A stretch of DNA of 64,000 nt. Origin: Octopus vulgaris (lineage: Eukaryota). Shown here piece by piece: positions 12,860 through 26,689 of the stretch. Position numbers and translations under genes: made by a program. Below the pieces are notes generated by a model. It did no database searches, was not told the DNA's origin, and saw nothing but the letters and a program-made list of their open reading frames with translations. How positions within the stretch are numbered: position 1 is the first letter of the stretch; the number at the start of each line of letters is the position of its first letter. The stretch covers positions 12,400,001 to 12,464,000 of the forward strand of contig OX597824.1 in the NCBI GenBank assembly GCA_951406725.2, in the 5' to 3' direction.

Positions 12860-13082
12860 AAGGCGGCGAGCTAGCAGAAACGGTAGCACGCCGGGCGAAA
12901 TGCTTAGCAGTATTTCGTCTGCCGCTACGTTCTGAGTTCAAATTCCGTCGAGGTCGACTTTGCTTTTCATCCTTTCGGGGTCGATTAAATAAGTACCAGT
13001 TACGTACTGGGGTCTAGGGTCGATCTAATCGACTGGCCCCCTCCCCCCAAATTTCGGGCCTTGTGCCTAGAGTAGAAAGGAA
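12860..13082 (+). mobile_element. MetaSINE-type monomer, alternative 3' tail
   Basis: TSD tataagggtttc (12846-12857, 13083-13094); tail ccccaaatttcgggccttgtgcctagagtagaaagg. Confidence 0.9.
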
Positions 13083-13094
13083 TATAAGGGTTTC

Positions 13095-13310
13095 TTCCCG
13101 AGTCATTTAGTTTCTATGGTGTACATATTCCCCACTGAGCGGGACACCAGTCCGTCGTTGGAATATTCATTTTGCCCGCTGAGTTGCTTGGAACAGCGTG
13201 AAATGAAGCGTTTTGCTTAAAAACACAACGTATCGCCCGGTCCAGGAATCGAAAGTACAATTTTACAATGATGAGTGCAACACTCTAACCACAAAGCTAC
13301 GTCCTTTCAC
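13095..13310 (-). mobile_element. tRNA-derived SINE, head type B (diverged)
   Basis: Reverse-complement homology to 59537-59790. Confidence 0.7.
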
Positions 13311-13719
13311 ATATATGGCAATATAAGCGTACGTGTAAATACAAATGCGAGTTGGATTGTTAATGGTGGATCTATTTTAAGAATCGAGGACTCAGCCTAC
13401 GCCCATGCCTATGTCAACAACGATATACATGTTAGCTAACACCTACAAGAAACGAAAAAGGTCACCCACCTAACTGATAAGTAGATCGTCGATCACAAAC
13501 AAATGTTCAGGCCATTGTTGAAATGTAACCAATAGCCTGTTCTATATTACGATACTATACTATTTTTACTAACTGGAATTTGTGTCACCTTCTTTCTAAA
13601 ACTACAGCTAGCCACACAAATAGAAAAGGAGCTTCTATGTAAACGACAGATCTTGCTCGAAATAGTAACCAAATTTCCCCCAAATCACACTACACCGTTC
13701 AAAAATGACAAAAAAAAAA

Positions 13720-14090
13720 GGAGTGGTTGTGTGGTAAGTAGCTTTCTTACGAACCACATGGTTCCGGGTTCAGTCCCACTGCGTGGCACCTTGGGCAAGT
13801 GTCTTCTACTATAGCCTCGGGTCGACCAAAGCCTTGTAAGTGAATTTGGTAGACGGAAATGTATGTGCTTGTAAATGTGTATCTGTGTTTGTCCCCTCAA
13901 CATCGCTTGACAACAAATGCTGGTGTGTTTATGTCCCCGTAAATTAGCGGTTCGGCAAAAGAGACCGATAGAATAAGTAGTAGGCTTACAAAGAATAAGT
14001 CCTGGGGTCGATTTTATTCGACTAAAGGCGGTGCTCCAGCATGGCCGCAGTCAAATGACTGAAACAAGTAAGAGAGTAAAAGAGAGTGAG
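13720..14090 (+). mobile_element. CORE-like long SINE (internal deletion)
   Basis: Homology to 17429-17835. Confidence 0.9.
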
Positions 14091-14509
14091 AGATACAGTG
14101 ATCAGTTTAGTCCTAGATATACAATCAAACATGGCAGAAATATCGTTGATTATATTTTTGCTCCAGCAAGGCTGAACTTGGACAAAAGAATAATAACGAT
14201 AAGATATGAACTAAATAAGGGAACCACTATATGATCTAGGGGTAAAGAATGGACTATTAAGGGTTGACAGATTGGGCTGGGTATGAACAGGACTACGCGC
14301 TGTTTTTTTTAATCTGGGCAACTTGTCACGTTAGAATTATAATTTTCCAAGGTAAAAATTCTATTTTAATATATTAAATTATTAACTAAGTTAAATAGAA
14401 ATGCCCCATAGATTAGACACGTAGATTACACATTAGACACACGCATACATATACGCACTCGTGTACACGCTTTCACATATAAACTAACATACATTCTAAC
14501 ACACATATA

Positions 14510-14995
14510 GTATTTTATTGAAGCTAAAAAGATTCACGAGTTGTTACTCAGAGTTTCATGAAAGACCGATCATCAGACAGTCATTGCACTCGAATGTCCG
14601 GTGATCGGTGACGTAAAACTGAGTAACCGTTTGTGCAGTCTTTTTAACTCCATTAAAATACTATTTTACACTAACTTCGGTATTCGAGTATTATTTTTTC
14701 CCACCTATTGCACCTAAGTGGTCACACTTGTATGTGTGTCTGTGTGTCTGTGTGCTTGTGTATGTGTGTGTGTGTGTGTATATGTGGATTTATCTATGTG
14801 TGTGAGTGTATATATATATATGTGTGTGTGTGTGTATGTATAATTTAGAGAAAGACCTCTATTAAACAATTCAATAAAAAATGATGTTATTCACAGCATA
14901 TAGAAAACATATACTACAACTATTTTATTGAAGCTAAAAATATTAACGAGTTGTTACTCAGAGTTTCATGGAAAAACCAATCATCAGACAATCCT
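14510..14995 (-). mobile_element. Penelope-like remnants with two hammerhead motifs (14541-14580, 14951-14991)
   Basis: Minus strand TTGT-CTGATGA-tTGG(ttttt)CCAt-GAAA-CTCtGAG-TA-ACAA; an approximately 70-bp segment is duplicated, plus a diverged inverted arm at 14590-14665. Confidence 0.6.
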
Positions 14996-15082
14996 TGTAA
15001 GTTTGGAATTATATTCCAAATTTGATTTAATATTTCTAAATTGAATTTTTCCCTGTAAGTTTGGAATAATATTCCCTCATAT

Positions 15083-15138
<56 letters not shown>

Positions 15139-15159
15139 TCATCATCATCATCATCATCA

Positions 15160-15196
<37 letters not shown>

Positions 15197-15202
15197 AAAT
15201 TA

Positions 15203-15249
<47 letters not shown>

Positions 15250-15251
<2 letters not shown>

Positions 15252-15960
15252 TGAAATAAGGAAGAAGACATTGAAGAATGCAGTCAATATACGCAATGTC
15301 TGAATGTATAGGATGGTCATGAGTGGAAGCTTTTGCACCGATCATAGATATGACCTGATGACCTACTGCTAAATAAAAACACCACACGGTTAACTTTACA
15401 AACACCAGATTTCTTAGAAACACCCCGGTTTAGGTAGATGCCATGGTGGGAACTTTTAGGTTCATTCACATTTAAAACTTCTTTATGGTAAGAATATCAT
15501 AATAGCTCTCAAGACCACCATCCGAATCGCGAAGTATCTTTAGTTTATCAGTCCAATTGCAAGCTCTCCTGCTTTCCTAAATTGAGACCGATATTTCTGA
15601 TCTTGTGCCAAAATTCAACTTTGCGGATTCCCACCCCATCCGCAATCTCTGCTTCTCAACTAACATGTTTCAATAAACAGTATACTTCCACAGAGAAAGC
15701 CTCATACATTTATTGCTCGTTTTATAACCTACTTGGCATCGCGTAAGTAAATCTTCTCTAAATCTATCCCTTCATATTCCATGAAACTGACCACCACATA
15801 CATGTACATCCCGAATGCGAAAACAGTTCCTGTCGCTTCAGGCTAAGAAAATCACTGGTCTGACAATGTTCTTTTAAGATTAACCCCGAACACTGTGTCT
15901 CAGAGTTAGTTCCTATCTCGAAGACGACGGTATTCTAATAAAGTTACGTTTATTGACTGA
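15250..15960 (-). mobile_element. possible ancient LINE RT remnant
   Basis: Weak motif resemblance only (SKKSGV cf. ASKKLG; QVISMIGA...LPYF cf. post-RT region). Confidence 0.3.
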
Positions 15961-15984
15961 AACTTCCACATCCAGGAACAACAC

Positions 15985-16390
15985 AATGGCCCAATGGTTA
16001 GGGCAGCGGACTCGCGGTCGGAGGATCGCGGTTTCGATTCCCAGACCGGGCATTGTGTGTGTTTATTGAGCGAAAACACCTAAAGTTCCACGAGGCTCCG
16101 GCAGGGGGTGGTGGCGACCCCTGTTGTACTCTTTCGCTCCAACTTTCTCTCACTCTTTCTTCCTGTTTCTTATCCCCGACTTCCTACGTAACCGCTGAGC
16201 CTGGATGCGCATTCATCCATCCGTCGATGCTCTCGGTATTCGGGGGTTGACCTGCTTTCTCTTCTGCGCGTCTTACGAATAACAAAGGACCACGTTTCGG
16301 ACTTCTCCCATCTTGCGAGTTCTGGGACGAAGACCGTTCGCTCAACAGCAACAGCAACAGCAGCAACAAAAACAAAAGCGAACAACAGGA
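15985..16390 (+). mobile_element. tRNA-derived SINE, head type A with a third tail ending in (CAA/CAG)n
   Basis: Head homologous to 48572-48770. Confidence 0.8.
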
Positions 16391-16406
16391 GCGGGCTTTC
16401 TCTTTA

Positions 16407-16625
16407 TACGAGTAAGTGCCGAAAATTTCCTGACTATAAGGGTGTCGCGAAAGGCCTGGTTGGAGGCCCAACCTTCCGAGTTCTTTTACAGGGCTTAAAA
16501 AAAACTGAAGGACCGCTGCAATAAATGTGTGAACCTGAGAGGGGAATATGTTGAATAAAATCAAAATTAAATCCTGCTGTATTCTCTTTTACCCAAAGTC
16601 AGGAACTTTTCAGCACCTCCTCGTA
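16407..16625 (+). mobile_element. mariner-derived MITE (about 220 bp)
   Basis: TA-cgag...ctcg-TA termini; copies at 39204-39424 and 47015-47244, partial copy at 63473-63527. Confidence 0.85.
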
Positions 16626-16657
16626 TAATAATTACGAAAGAAGCAATACAGCATGAA

Positions 16658-17404
16658 TCTCTCTCTATATAAAAGGCAGTTTGTCTGTCTGTGTGTCTGT
16701 CAGGTTGTACCCTCACCCTGACCACGGCTTTCAACCGATTCTGATGAAACTTGACACACACATAGCCCAATGTCATAATTCAAAACTAACGCAGCGAAAA
16801 TTTTGAAAAGTTCCCCCAGTTCTGAAAAAAATCGATAAATTCGACATGGGGTCGAGAATCTAAGCTTATCATATGCAACACATTTTCCGTTGTAGTTTTC
16901 GCAACTTGCAATCGATTTTCACCAAACTCATGGTGAAGCTTAATGTTACCCTAAGGAACTTAATTCTGACGTTAGTTTTCCATGCAATACCTTACCATCA
17001 GAAAAAATCGATAAAATCATGCCATTTTGGGAAATCGCGTTCAAATTCAAGATGACATATTTTCAACAATATCTTTAACAAATTGGCAGGAATCTTTTTT
17101 GAAATTCACAGCGTGCAACCTTATCACCTCTGCCTGTCAAACTCCCAACCCATGCGTTCCCGTCGCGACACTGATCCCGCAGAACTGGGTTGGGTGTGCT
17201 AAACAAAGCCAGAAAATGCACTTTGACTGTCATAGATTTTCTTCATGCATGCAAGGGAACGGTGCCTTGAATGCCTTAATGCATTCTAGGCTTCATTTTA
17301 CAAAATAACGGTTCAGTGAGTACAAAAAAGGGTAAAAAGGTAAAGGGCATTGCTTATCGACAAAGTTTCTTACATACCCGGGCAACGCCGGGCTATGCTG
17401 CTAG
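16658..17404 (+). mobile_element. complete non-autonomous Helitron
   Basis: A|TC 5' end, (TCTG)n near the 5' end, 3' hairpin cccgggcaacgccggg (17377-17392), CTAG|T 3' end, no TSD. Confidence 0.85.
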
Positions 17405-17428
17405 TTATGAATAAATATATGGATATAT

Positions 17429-17835
17429 CGGCGCAGGAGTGGCTGTGTGGTAAGTAGCTTGTTTACCAACCACATGGTTCCGGGTTCAGTCCCACTGCGT
17501 GGCACCTTGGGCAAGTGTCTTCTACTATAGCCTCGGGCCGACCAAAGCCTTGTGAGTGGATTTGGTAGACAGAAACTGAAAGAAGCCCGTCGTATATATG
17601 TATATGTATATATATATGTGCGTGTGTGTGTCTGTGTTTGTCCCCCTAGCATTGCTTGACAACCGATGCTGGTGTGCTTATGTCCCCGTTACTTAGCGGT
17701 TCGGCAAAAGAGACCGATAGAATAAGTACTGGGCTTACAAAAGAATAAGTCCCGGGGTCGAGTTGCTCGATTAAAGGCGGTGCTCCAGCATGGCCGCAGT
17801 CAAATGACTGAAATAAGTAAAAGAGTAAAAGAGTA
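17429..17835 (+). mobile_element. full-length CORE-like long SINE
   Basis: ggcgcaggagtggctgtgtggtaag head, accttgggcaagt core, internal (TA/TG)n, (gtaaaaga)n tail. Confidence 0.92.
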
Positions 17836-18372
17836 ATATGGGATCATATGTATATGTTTATAGTCTCGATGTAAACTTAAACCTCACAAGTGCTTTTCAG
17901 AGTCTTGAGATAATAATGGAACCAACTAGTTTTACCATTATTATAGACCTTGTTTACATTACCATACTTTTTTTCTATTTACTAATCTGTGTAAGCATGT
18001 CCACAACGGAAACGACAATAATAACTACGGTTTTATTCTTACTTTAATTAGATCTTATCTTCATCGTAAATTTTTACACCCGAACCAAGTGTTCTGTAGA
18101 ATAAGAAACTTTAGCACATTTTTCAGAAATGCATTAGTATTCAAATCGAAATGTTATTGTCTTGATAATTAATACAATGCGGTATGATTATCGACCAACA
18201 ATTCATAATAACTGCCATTGTAGTCGATCCAGTTGTGAATATTCATATAATCTTTTATGATGCATTAATCTCTTGTGAATTCTAGAAATAAAGGATTAGA
18301 ATGAAGTAGTCTCGTGTCTAGGGAGAGAATTAGTTACGGTCTTTTGTCCGAATCATAACGAAATATGATATA

Positions 18373-18589
18373 CTCTTTAACTCTTTTACTTGTTTCAGTC
18401 ATTTGATTGTGGCCATGCTGGAGCACCGCCTTTTAGTCGAGAAGAATCGAGCCCCGGACTTATTCTTTGTAAGCCTAGTATTTATTCTATCGGTCTCTTT
18501 TGCTGAACCGTTAAGTTACGGGGACGTAAACACGCCAGCATCGGTTGTCAAGCGATGTTGGGAGGACAAACACAGACACACAATCATGT

Positions 18590-18686
<97 letters not shown>

Positions 18687-18862
18687 TATACATATATACG
18701 ATGGGCTTCTTTCAGTTTCCGTTTACCAGATCCACTCACAAGGCTTTGGTCGGCCCGAGGTTATAGTAGAAGACATTTGCCCAAGGTGCCATGCAGTGGG
18801 ACTAAACCCGGAACCATGTGGTTCGTAAGCAAGCTACTTACCACACAGCCACTCCTACGCCT
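18373..18862 (-). mobile_element. full-length CORE-like long SINE
   Basis: Reverse complement of the 17429-17835 family. Confidence 0.92.
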
Positions 18863-19351
18863 ATAGTTCTTGTGACAAAGAAATTTTTTTTAAATATTGT
18901 TTTGCTCTGGGGGAAGAGGCTGTGTCTATAGGTCTCACCGACTTTCGGGTACTGATGCGATTGGCGGCGAACATCTTGAATTGGTGTAAGTCAAATGCTG
19001 CAAGAATACCTGCACAGGTTGGTAGCCTTGTTTGTGCGAAGCGACCTGTGCTTTCGCATTTGATGTCTCTGTGTACGCGGAGGTTGGTACTTTTCATGAT
19101 CCCAATAATAAAGTAATTTCCTCGAATGATGATTAATTGCATTGACACAAGATCTCAAATTTTAGGGAATGTGTTAATTGGTATTAATAGGTTTCTGGCT
19201 ATGTTTTCACTTTATCGATCCCAGAAAGATGAAAGGCAAGCTGACATCGGCTGCATTTGCTGGGGCAATAAAATATACTAAAAAACACAGAAATAAAGTA
19301 ACAAATGAAGAAGGAGAGCTTCTAACAATGCGAAAAGGGAAGTTGAGTAAT

Positions 19352-19391
19352 CTTTATATATTTCGGGCACAAAGGCCCATCATCAGTAAGG
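19352..19391 (-). ncRNA. minimal hammerhead-like motif
   Basis: Minus strand TTA-CTGATGA-T-GGGC(ctttgt)GCCC-GAAA-TA-TA-TAA; intact core, short stem I. Confidence 0.55.
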
Positions 19392-20536
19392 AACTGTTTA
19401 GAAATGTGAGTTTAAGTAAATCCTGCCATTTTGAATGTCAAACGGGTAATGACCCCACTTTGCCGAATGTGACAGCAGCAGCAGCCGTTCAAGAATTTGG
19501 ACCTGGAGATCCCCATTTTCAGCGGCTTCGAGGGTCACTTCCCAGTGGTGTCGGGCGTCAACGAAGAGCCCTCGACTACAACAAGACGACCAAAGTTTTT
19601 CTTTTTTTTTCTCCAAGGTCTGGGGTCTCTCGTCCCAAAGCCCTAGACCATCACCTAATCACCCTTACCCGTCTTGTTGCTTAATAACACCACCACCACC
19701 ACCACCACCACCACCACCACAACAACAACAGCAGCAAAATGATATCCCCCAAAATGATGTTGTTGGTGGCCGTAGAGGTCATAATAGGAGCGGAGGTGGA
19801 TGGCTCAAAACTACTATTATTCGTTGAGCTAATATTGTATTTTCTTCACAGCTTAATTGCTTTTAATCAGCTTTGAGCACTCATTGCACTAAACATGTTA
19901 ATGCAAATATGGTTACTGAAACAAAGCGAAAGGATTTCGTTTCCTCTAAGACTGATGAACTGACATTATAAGATAGAAAAAATTGAGAGCAAGATCATAT
20001 CGCCTTCTAGAAAAAACAAGCTTATTTTTTGTTGTTGTTGGGCTGCAAATAGATTGACATCACAACACATTCGATGTAACTGAGACGGTTATTTGAGTTG
20101 TTAGAAAGTCTTCCTGATTAACTCACCAGACAAATATAATTATACTCAGTAGAATTTATGATCATATTTCGAATTAGATGATTATCAGCATCCAACTGGT
20201 AGAAGCAACGTCCTCGGTTTTACATATACGTTGTTAGAATATGTTATTCGCTCATGACCACAAACACACATACAAACGTATGCATACCCGCACAAGCACA
20301 CACACAAATTTAAATTCGTACACATACATACATGCGCACATATTTATATATACGCACACACATATGCATAATAGTACAGATATCCCAAGTGACTGAGCGA
20401 AGGTGGTTGCAAGTATTAATAAAAAGCAGACAACGCGTTCGAGTGTTAGAGTTTGTTATTTTATATTACAAAGTTACAACTTGGAAGTATCTATAACATC
20501 AATTAAACACATTCACGTGCGCACGCATGCACACAC

Positions 20537-20620
<84 letters not shown>

Positions 20621-20696
20621 CGATATGAATGTTGTTTGCTTGATTTTCCTTGTCACACCATACATCCCATAGGGAGAGTGGAAGAGAGGCTGTAAA

Positions 20697-20748
<52 letters not shown>

Positions 20749-20863
20749 AATAGTAAAAAATGAAAGAACTACAGAAGGCTTGTTTTAAAAGGTTAAAAAT
20801 ATATATATTTGAGTCAATATGTCTGAAGAATGTTATCAATTTTTTTCTTACAATGACATAGTT

Positions 20864-20923
<60 letters not shown>

Positions 20924-21331
20924 TTAACACAAGAGGTGGAGGTTGAGTGTAGATACAAAGCATGGTAGCTGGAAATGAGTAAAAGTACGCTTTATATATA
21001 CACACACACATACATATACACATATATACACAGTGTGGAATCAAGACTCATAGAAACACAGAAGGAAGAGACGTAGTAATGAAAGAATAATTATAGCAGA
21101 GATTAGGCAGATGAAAAATGTTTTATTTAACTTTATTGTAAGAAAATAAAGTATTTCTTGGTCGAAAATTATTATTCATTTCACAATTTCTTTTTATAAA
21201 CACTAAGTCATTTGATAAAAGTTACATTATAATTATTGCATGTGTGTCATATTTTTTGATATTACCCATATTGGCTATGTTGCCAAAAGTATATTTTGAA
21301 AGTTACCTGACTGACATATTACAGGTAACAC

Positions 21332-21334
<3 letters not shown>

Positions 21335-21363
<29 letters not shown>

Positions 21364-21620
21364 TGTATGTATGTATGTATGTATGTATGTATGTACGTAC
21401 GTATGTATGTATGTATGTATGTATGTATGTATGTATGTATGTATGTATGTATGTACGTATGTATGTATGTATGTATGTATGTATGTATGTATTTTTGTAT
21501 GTATGTATGTACGTATGTATTTATGTATGTACGTATGTGTTTATCTATGTATGTACGTATGTATGTATGTATGTATGTATGTATGCATGTATTTATATAT
21601 GTATGCATGTACGTATGGTA
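21335..21620. repeat. (TATG)n microsatellite
   Basis: Directly visible. Confidence 0.95.
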
Positions 21621-21683
21621 CTTAAGTTGAAGGCACCAGAATTTAGTATGGTATTATCCATACAATTTAAAATGAGGTGATAA

Positions 21684-21800
21684 TACTCAAAATAAGCAAC
21701 AAGAATATCCAGAGGTAATGCAGTACGATCGTTTCATTTAAATGGAATCGCATGAAACGATCGTACTACATTACCTCTGGATATCTTTGTTGCTATTTTG

Positions 21801-21804
<4 letters not shown>
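21684..21804. repeat. imperfect palindrome, deletion derivative of the 62004-62272 HHR family
   Basis: Arms share gaggtaatgcagtacgatcgtttcat / atgaaacgatcgtactacattacctc with the 62-kb element. Confidence 0.8.
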
Positions 21805-21881
<77 letters not shown>

Positions 21882-22542
21882 TTTATATGCATGTATACAC
21901 ATACACTCACTTGTACATATCTAGCTACGTACATAAATGGACATAACTACATAAAAGTACATCAATACAATTACATACTAACATTCATGTATGTGTGTGT
22001 GTGTATATATACATGCACACATACAACATACATGCATACATAAATACACGCACACACATGCATATATTCATACATACATTCGTACACGGAAATAGCTACA
22101 TATGCTTAACTGTGATCATTCTTACACATAAACATACACACGCAAACTCATACACCCGCGCACATACACATATATTTACAGTGGAACCTTGTATAATTTC
22201 TGCATGAAGTGAATATTGACATTCTCGTTTACAGTATAACATACATTCGCATTTATTTATTAGTTAGTATTGGCATACTCTCAAAATGTCAGCTGTTTTA
22301 CGTTTGCCAAGATATTTTCCTGAAGATTATGTCATCTGTTATGGATGTCTTCTCCAGTAGAGACGAGATGCATATGAAACTACACGTACGTATGGCTGCA
22401 TGGTTAAGAAGTTTGCTTCGCAATCATGTGGTTTCGGGTCCGAATTCACTTCGCGGTGCTGTGGCTTCGATGTGTCCATAGCCATATGTGTAAAATGTAG
22501 TAAACGGTAAAAGTCTGTAAAAGACCATTTATAGAAACTGTT

Positions 22543-22985
22543 AGGCGGAGGTGAGCTGGCAGAAACGTTAGCACGCCGGGCGAAATGCTTAGCGGTACTT
22601 CGTCTGTCGTTACGTTGTGAGTTCAAATTCCACCGAGGTCGACTTTACCTTTCATCCTTTCGGGATCGATTAAGCAAGTACCAGTTACGCACTGGGGTCG
22701 ATGTACGACTTGATCCCCTTGTTTGTCCCCTCTATGTTTAGCTCTCTTGAGGGCAATAAAGAAATAAATATTGATATCCAATTTTGGCCAAAGGTCAGTA
22801 ACTTCAGAGGAGGGGGTAAGTCGATTATATCGACCCCAGTACTCAACTGGTACTTATTTTATCGATCCGAAAGGATAAAAAGCAAATCGACCTTGGCGGG
22901 ATTTGATCTCAGAATGTTAAAACGGACGAAATTTCACTAAGCATTTCGCCGGGCACAGTATCGATTCTGCTATCTCGCCGCTTTA
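22543..22985. mobile_element. two MetaSINE-type copies tail-to-tail (22543-22767 +, 22775-22985 -)
   Basis: Family homology. Confidence 0.85.
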
Positions 22986-23789
22986 AAGAGACCGTTAATA
23001 TTGCCGGTTCGTTGTCTTAATTCGTTAACTGGTTTTAAAACCACAACATGGTTCTTAGCGTGCTTTTAGACGGGGCCATTTTATTGCAAACATTCAAGTC
23101 ACTCTTCAGGATACCAAGAGAAAAGGGTCATAAGCGTTTCCCTTCTCTCTAGTGATTCTAAAGGGATAAGAAAAATTTTTAAAAAGCAATGACAGGTACA
23201 GGCATGTTTTCAATTTTTGTGAGAGTTTTTGGTATAACTTTTTAAAGGGGGCCCTCCAAATTTCATGTAACTCCGGTACTGACTCATTTCAACCGCTTTC
23301 TCTTGCACATATTGATGGAGTGCAACATAGACAAGTGTTGGGAGGCAGCAAGAGTTTTCAGGTTGCAGCTTAATTATGTGTCTATGTAAATACGCCTACT
23401 ATTTCTGTTTTCTCGGTGTGGGGCATTTTTACGTTGTTGAGTGTGGTGGGTGGTTGTCTTTGATATTCGCAAGTTGTTAGTAAGAAGGCGGGAGAGCAAT
23501 AGCGATGCTATGAGTGGGGACCTGGGAGGGGCGGGAACGGATCGCCCCAGGTAACACTTTTAATGAGAGCAGCATTTTGAAGCCTGTTGTATATATATAT
23601 ATATCTATATAAGCTTATGGCGGCCTGGAGGAAAGGACTGGAGGAAAGGACGGCTTACTCATGGGCTGTTCTGGGCGGCACTCACTTTAGCTATACAACC
23701 GTGAAAGATGCATTTGTAAGATGCCATTCAATTTTATCGTATTTTTGTCTATCTTTACTTCCCTTGGATTTATGTTAGGTGATAGAATA

Positions 23790-23985
23790 GCTAGGCGGTC
23801 GGACAAAATGCTTAACGGCATGTTTTCCGGCTTTACATTTTGAGTTCAAATGTTTCCGAGGTCGAAGTTGCCTTTCATCCTTTCGGGGTTCGATGAAATA
23901 AGTACCAGTCGAGCACTGGGATCTATGTAATCAACTGACTCCCTGTGCCTAAATTTCAGGCCTTGTGTCTATAGTAGAAAGAATG
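23790..23985 (+). mobile_element. older MetaSINE-type copy
   Basis: gcctttcatcctttcggggttcgatgaaataagtacc domain. Confidence 0.8.
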
Positions 23986-24006
23986 AAAGAATTATTATTA
24001 TTATTA

Positions 24007-24059
<53 letters not shown>

Positions 24060-24176
24060 GTTTTTTTCCTTTTCTTCAAATTTTCTTCCATTTCTCGCCG
24101 TGTGTTTCCCGTACACCTAGGACAGAGAAGCTCATTGTATGCGTTCCCAGATTACATAAGCAAATTCACAGGTAAA

Positions 24177-24207
<31 letters not shown>

Positions 24208-24256
24208 TGTATGTATGTATGTATGTATGTATGTATGTATGTATATATGTATTATC

Positions 24257-24816
24257 ATTATTATTTAGTGAGAGAGCAGTGCATGCCATCAAAGTGACAC
24301 TGGGATAAAATATACGAAACCCAGTATACCCATCATGACTACCCGTCTGATAAGGGTACACCAGGCACATGCATCACAACCATATGTGCGCAACATAGTG
24401 ATCTCATATCAAGATAAACAGCACATGACCTTGCAGGTGGGGGCCCAGTTAGAATTTTCTTCTGGTCGAGTAACCCTGAAAGGTCCCTGAATAAGGGTTG
24501 TTTAAGGATGTTGAACGAAACACCCACGTTTCCAAAGGTGAATTATCCAAACTTCTAAGAATTCCTTTCAACACACGGCTATGATGCTCCCCCACTACTT
24601 CTCCTCGTGATCAGAGATGCGCATATCGTCAGCCACTAAGGGACATGCTCAACTGGTTAAGGTCAACCAACTGACAAGCAATTCTGTGGTATTGAGCAGA
24701 ATATTTGCTGTAGGCCATCTTTTATACCAAGACAAAACAATGTACATGATAACACTTCCAATCAGTTAAGATCAGAAGTCATGAGAGCCACTGTCTGGTA
24801 CTGCATCAAGGCATTT

Positions 24817-24817
<1 letters not shown>
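24257..24817 (-). mobile_element. about 560-bp non-coding retroposon flanked by (TAA)n-type repeats
   Basis: ATT-type repeats on both sides; second partial copy at 3160-3350. Confidence 0.7.
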
Positions 24818-25312
<495 letters not shown>

Positions 25313-25800
25313 ATACATCTGATATCATTATTGATTTGCTTGTACGAGTAGTTGTTGGATTTTATAACTTGTGTGCTAACTTTATTTATAGATCGCTTGA
25401 TAGACTTTGCAGACACCATTGCAGCCTTTGTCTCTCTGTATCTTCTCTACCGTTGGTTTTAATATCCTGTTTTAAGTCTCACGACAATCGTCTTTTTCTA
25501 CTCTCTATTCTTACTTTTTGTTGTTATTGTAGTCAATACATGAATCAAAAAATATAAAACGGAAAAAAAAAAGAAAGAAAAAGACTTCACTGTAGTGTTA
25601 TTAATACTCACCGAAGTTCATTATTGAACATTTGCAGCACAAATATGTACCTAGGCGCAGACATGGCTGTGTAGCTTAAGAAGCTTCCTTTGCAACTACG
25701 TGGGTTTGGTTTCGGTCCCACAGCGCAGCAGCTTGAGCAAATGTCTTCTAATTTTACCTAGGGCCTACCAATGCCTTGTGAGTGAATTTGGTAACCTACT

Positions 25801-25841
<41 letters not shown>

Positions 25842-25849
<8 letters not shown>

Positions 25850-25974
25850 AATATAAGAGAGTGACCACTATATGGTCGACTCTTGCGCTAAAAATAGATC
25901 CGTTATACCATAGCGGATCTATTTTTAGCGCAAGAGTCGACCATATAGTGGTCACTCTCTTATATTTGTGTATA
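25842..25974. repeat. near-perfect palindrome (65-bp arms, 3-nt loop)
   Basis: tatacacaaatataagagagtgaccactatatggtcgactcttgcgctaaaaatagatccg and its exact reverse complement. Confidence 0.95.
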
Positions 25975-26689
25975 AATTTTTATTGTATCCCTGTTTTTTA
26001 TGCGCTAAGCCACTTGGTATTAAATTGATGGTATTATTAAATTAATATCCAATTTTTCACCCTTATTTTTGATATATATATATATGTATGTATATATAAA
26101 GAAAACAGAAAATGGAGCAATATCGATGACCAACAATTGACTCCATCAAATACTATTTATTAATTCAATACAAATAGACTGCATTCCATCTAACAGCTGT
26201 TTCTGCTTCCAGTGTTGTATGGTATTGACATTGATACTATAATTTATGAGCATTATATGCTTGTATATGGATGCCCATGGTTAAACATAGGTAATATACT
26301 GGTAGTGTAATAAATACTTCTATCCCTTAAACGGTTATTTTAACCCCTAACTCAGCTAACCCCATCTCTCTCTCTCTGTATATATGTGTGAGTGTGAGTG
26401 TGTGTGTGTTTGTGTGTTCTGTAAAGAACTTAGTAGATTACAGTATAGGGCTCGTCCACCTTCAAATTTACCCTGTGCTATTCTGTAGTAGTATTATACA
26501 TACTTCCAGGTTTGCGTTTGAGCATTTGTCGTGTGTGAACAGGTAATTGAAGAAATTGGAGTCAACAAGAAGGGGTACGGTTGGACATTTAGTGATTAGA
26601 AATTGAATGCCCAACCGTACCCCTTCGTGTTGGCTCCAATTATACATATTCATATGCGATCTTCATTAAAAATTCAAACTAAATGTGAC

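Noticed and set aside
17401-17652. Recurrent [41 protein letters not shown] 'protein family'
   Set aside because: Antisense translation of the CORE-like SINE head.
19178-19684. 168-aa ORF
   Set aside because: Starts in a SINE remnant and crosses a hammerhead-bearing repeat; no domain recognised.
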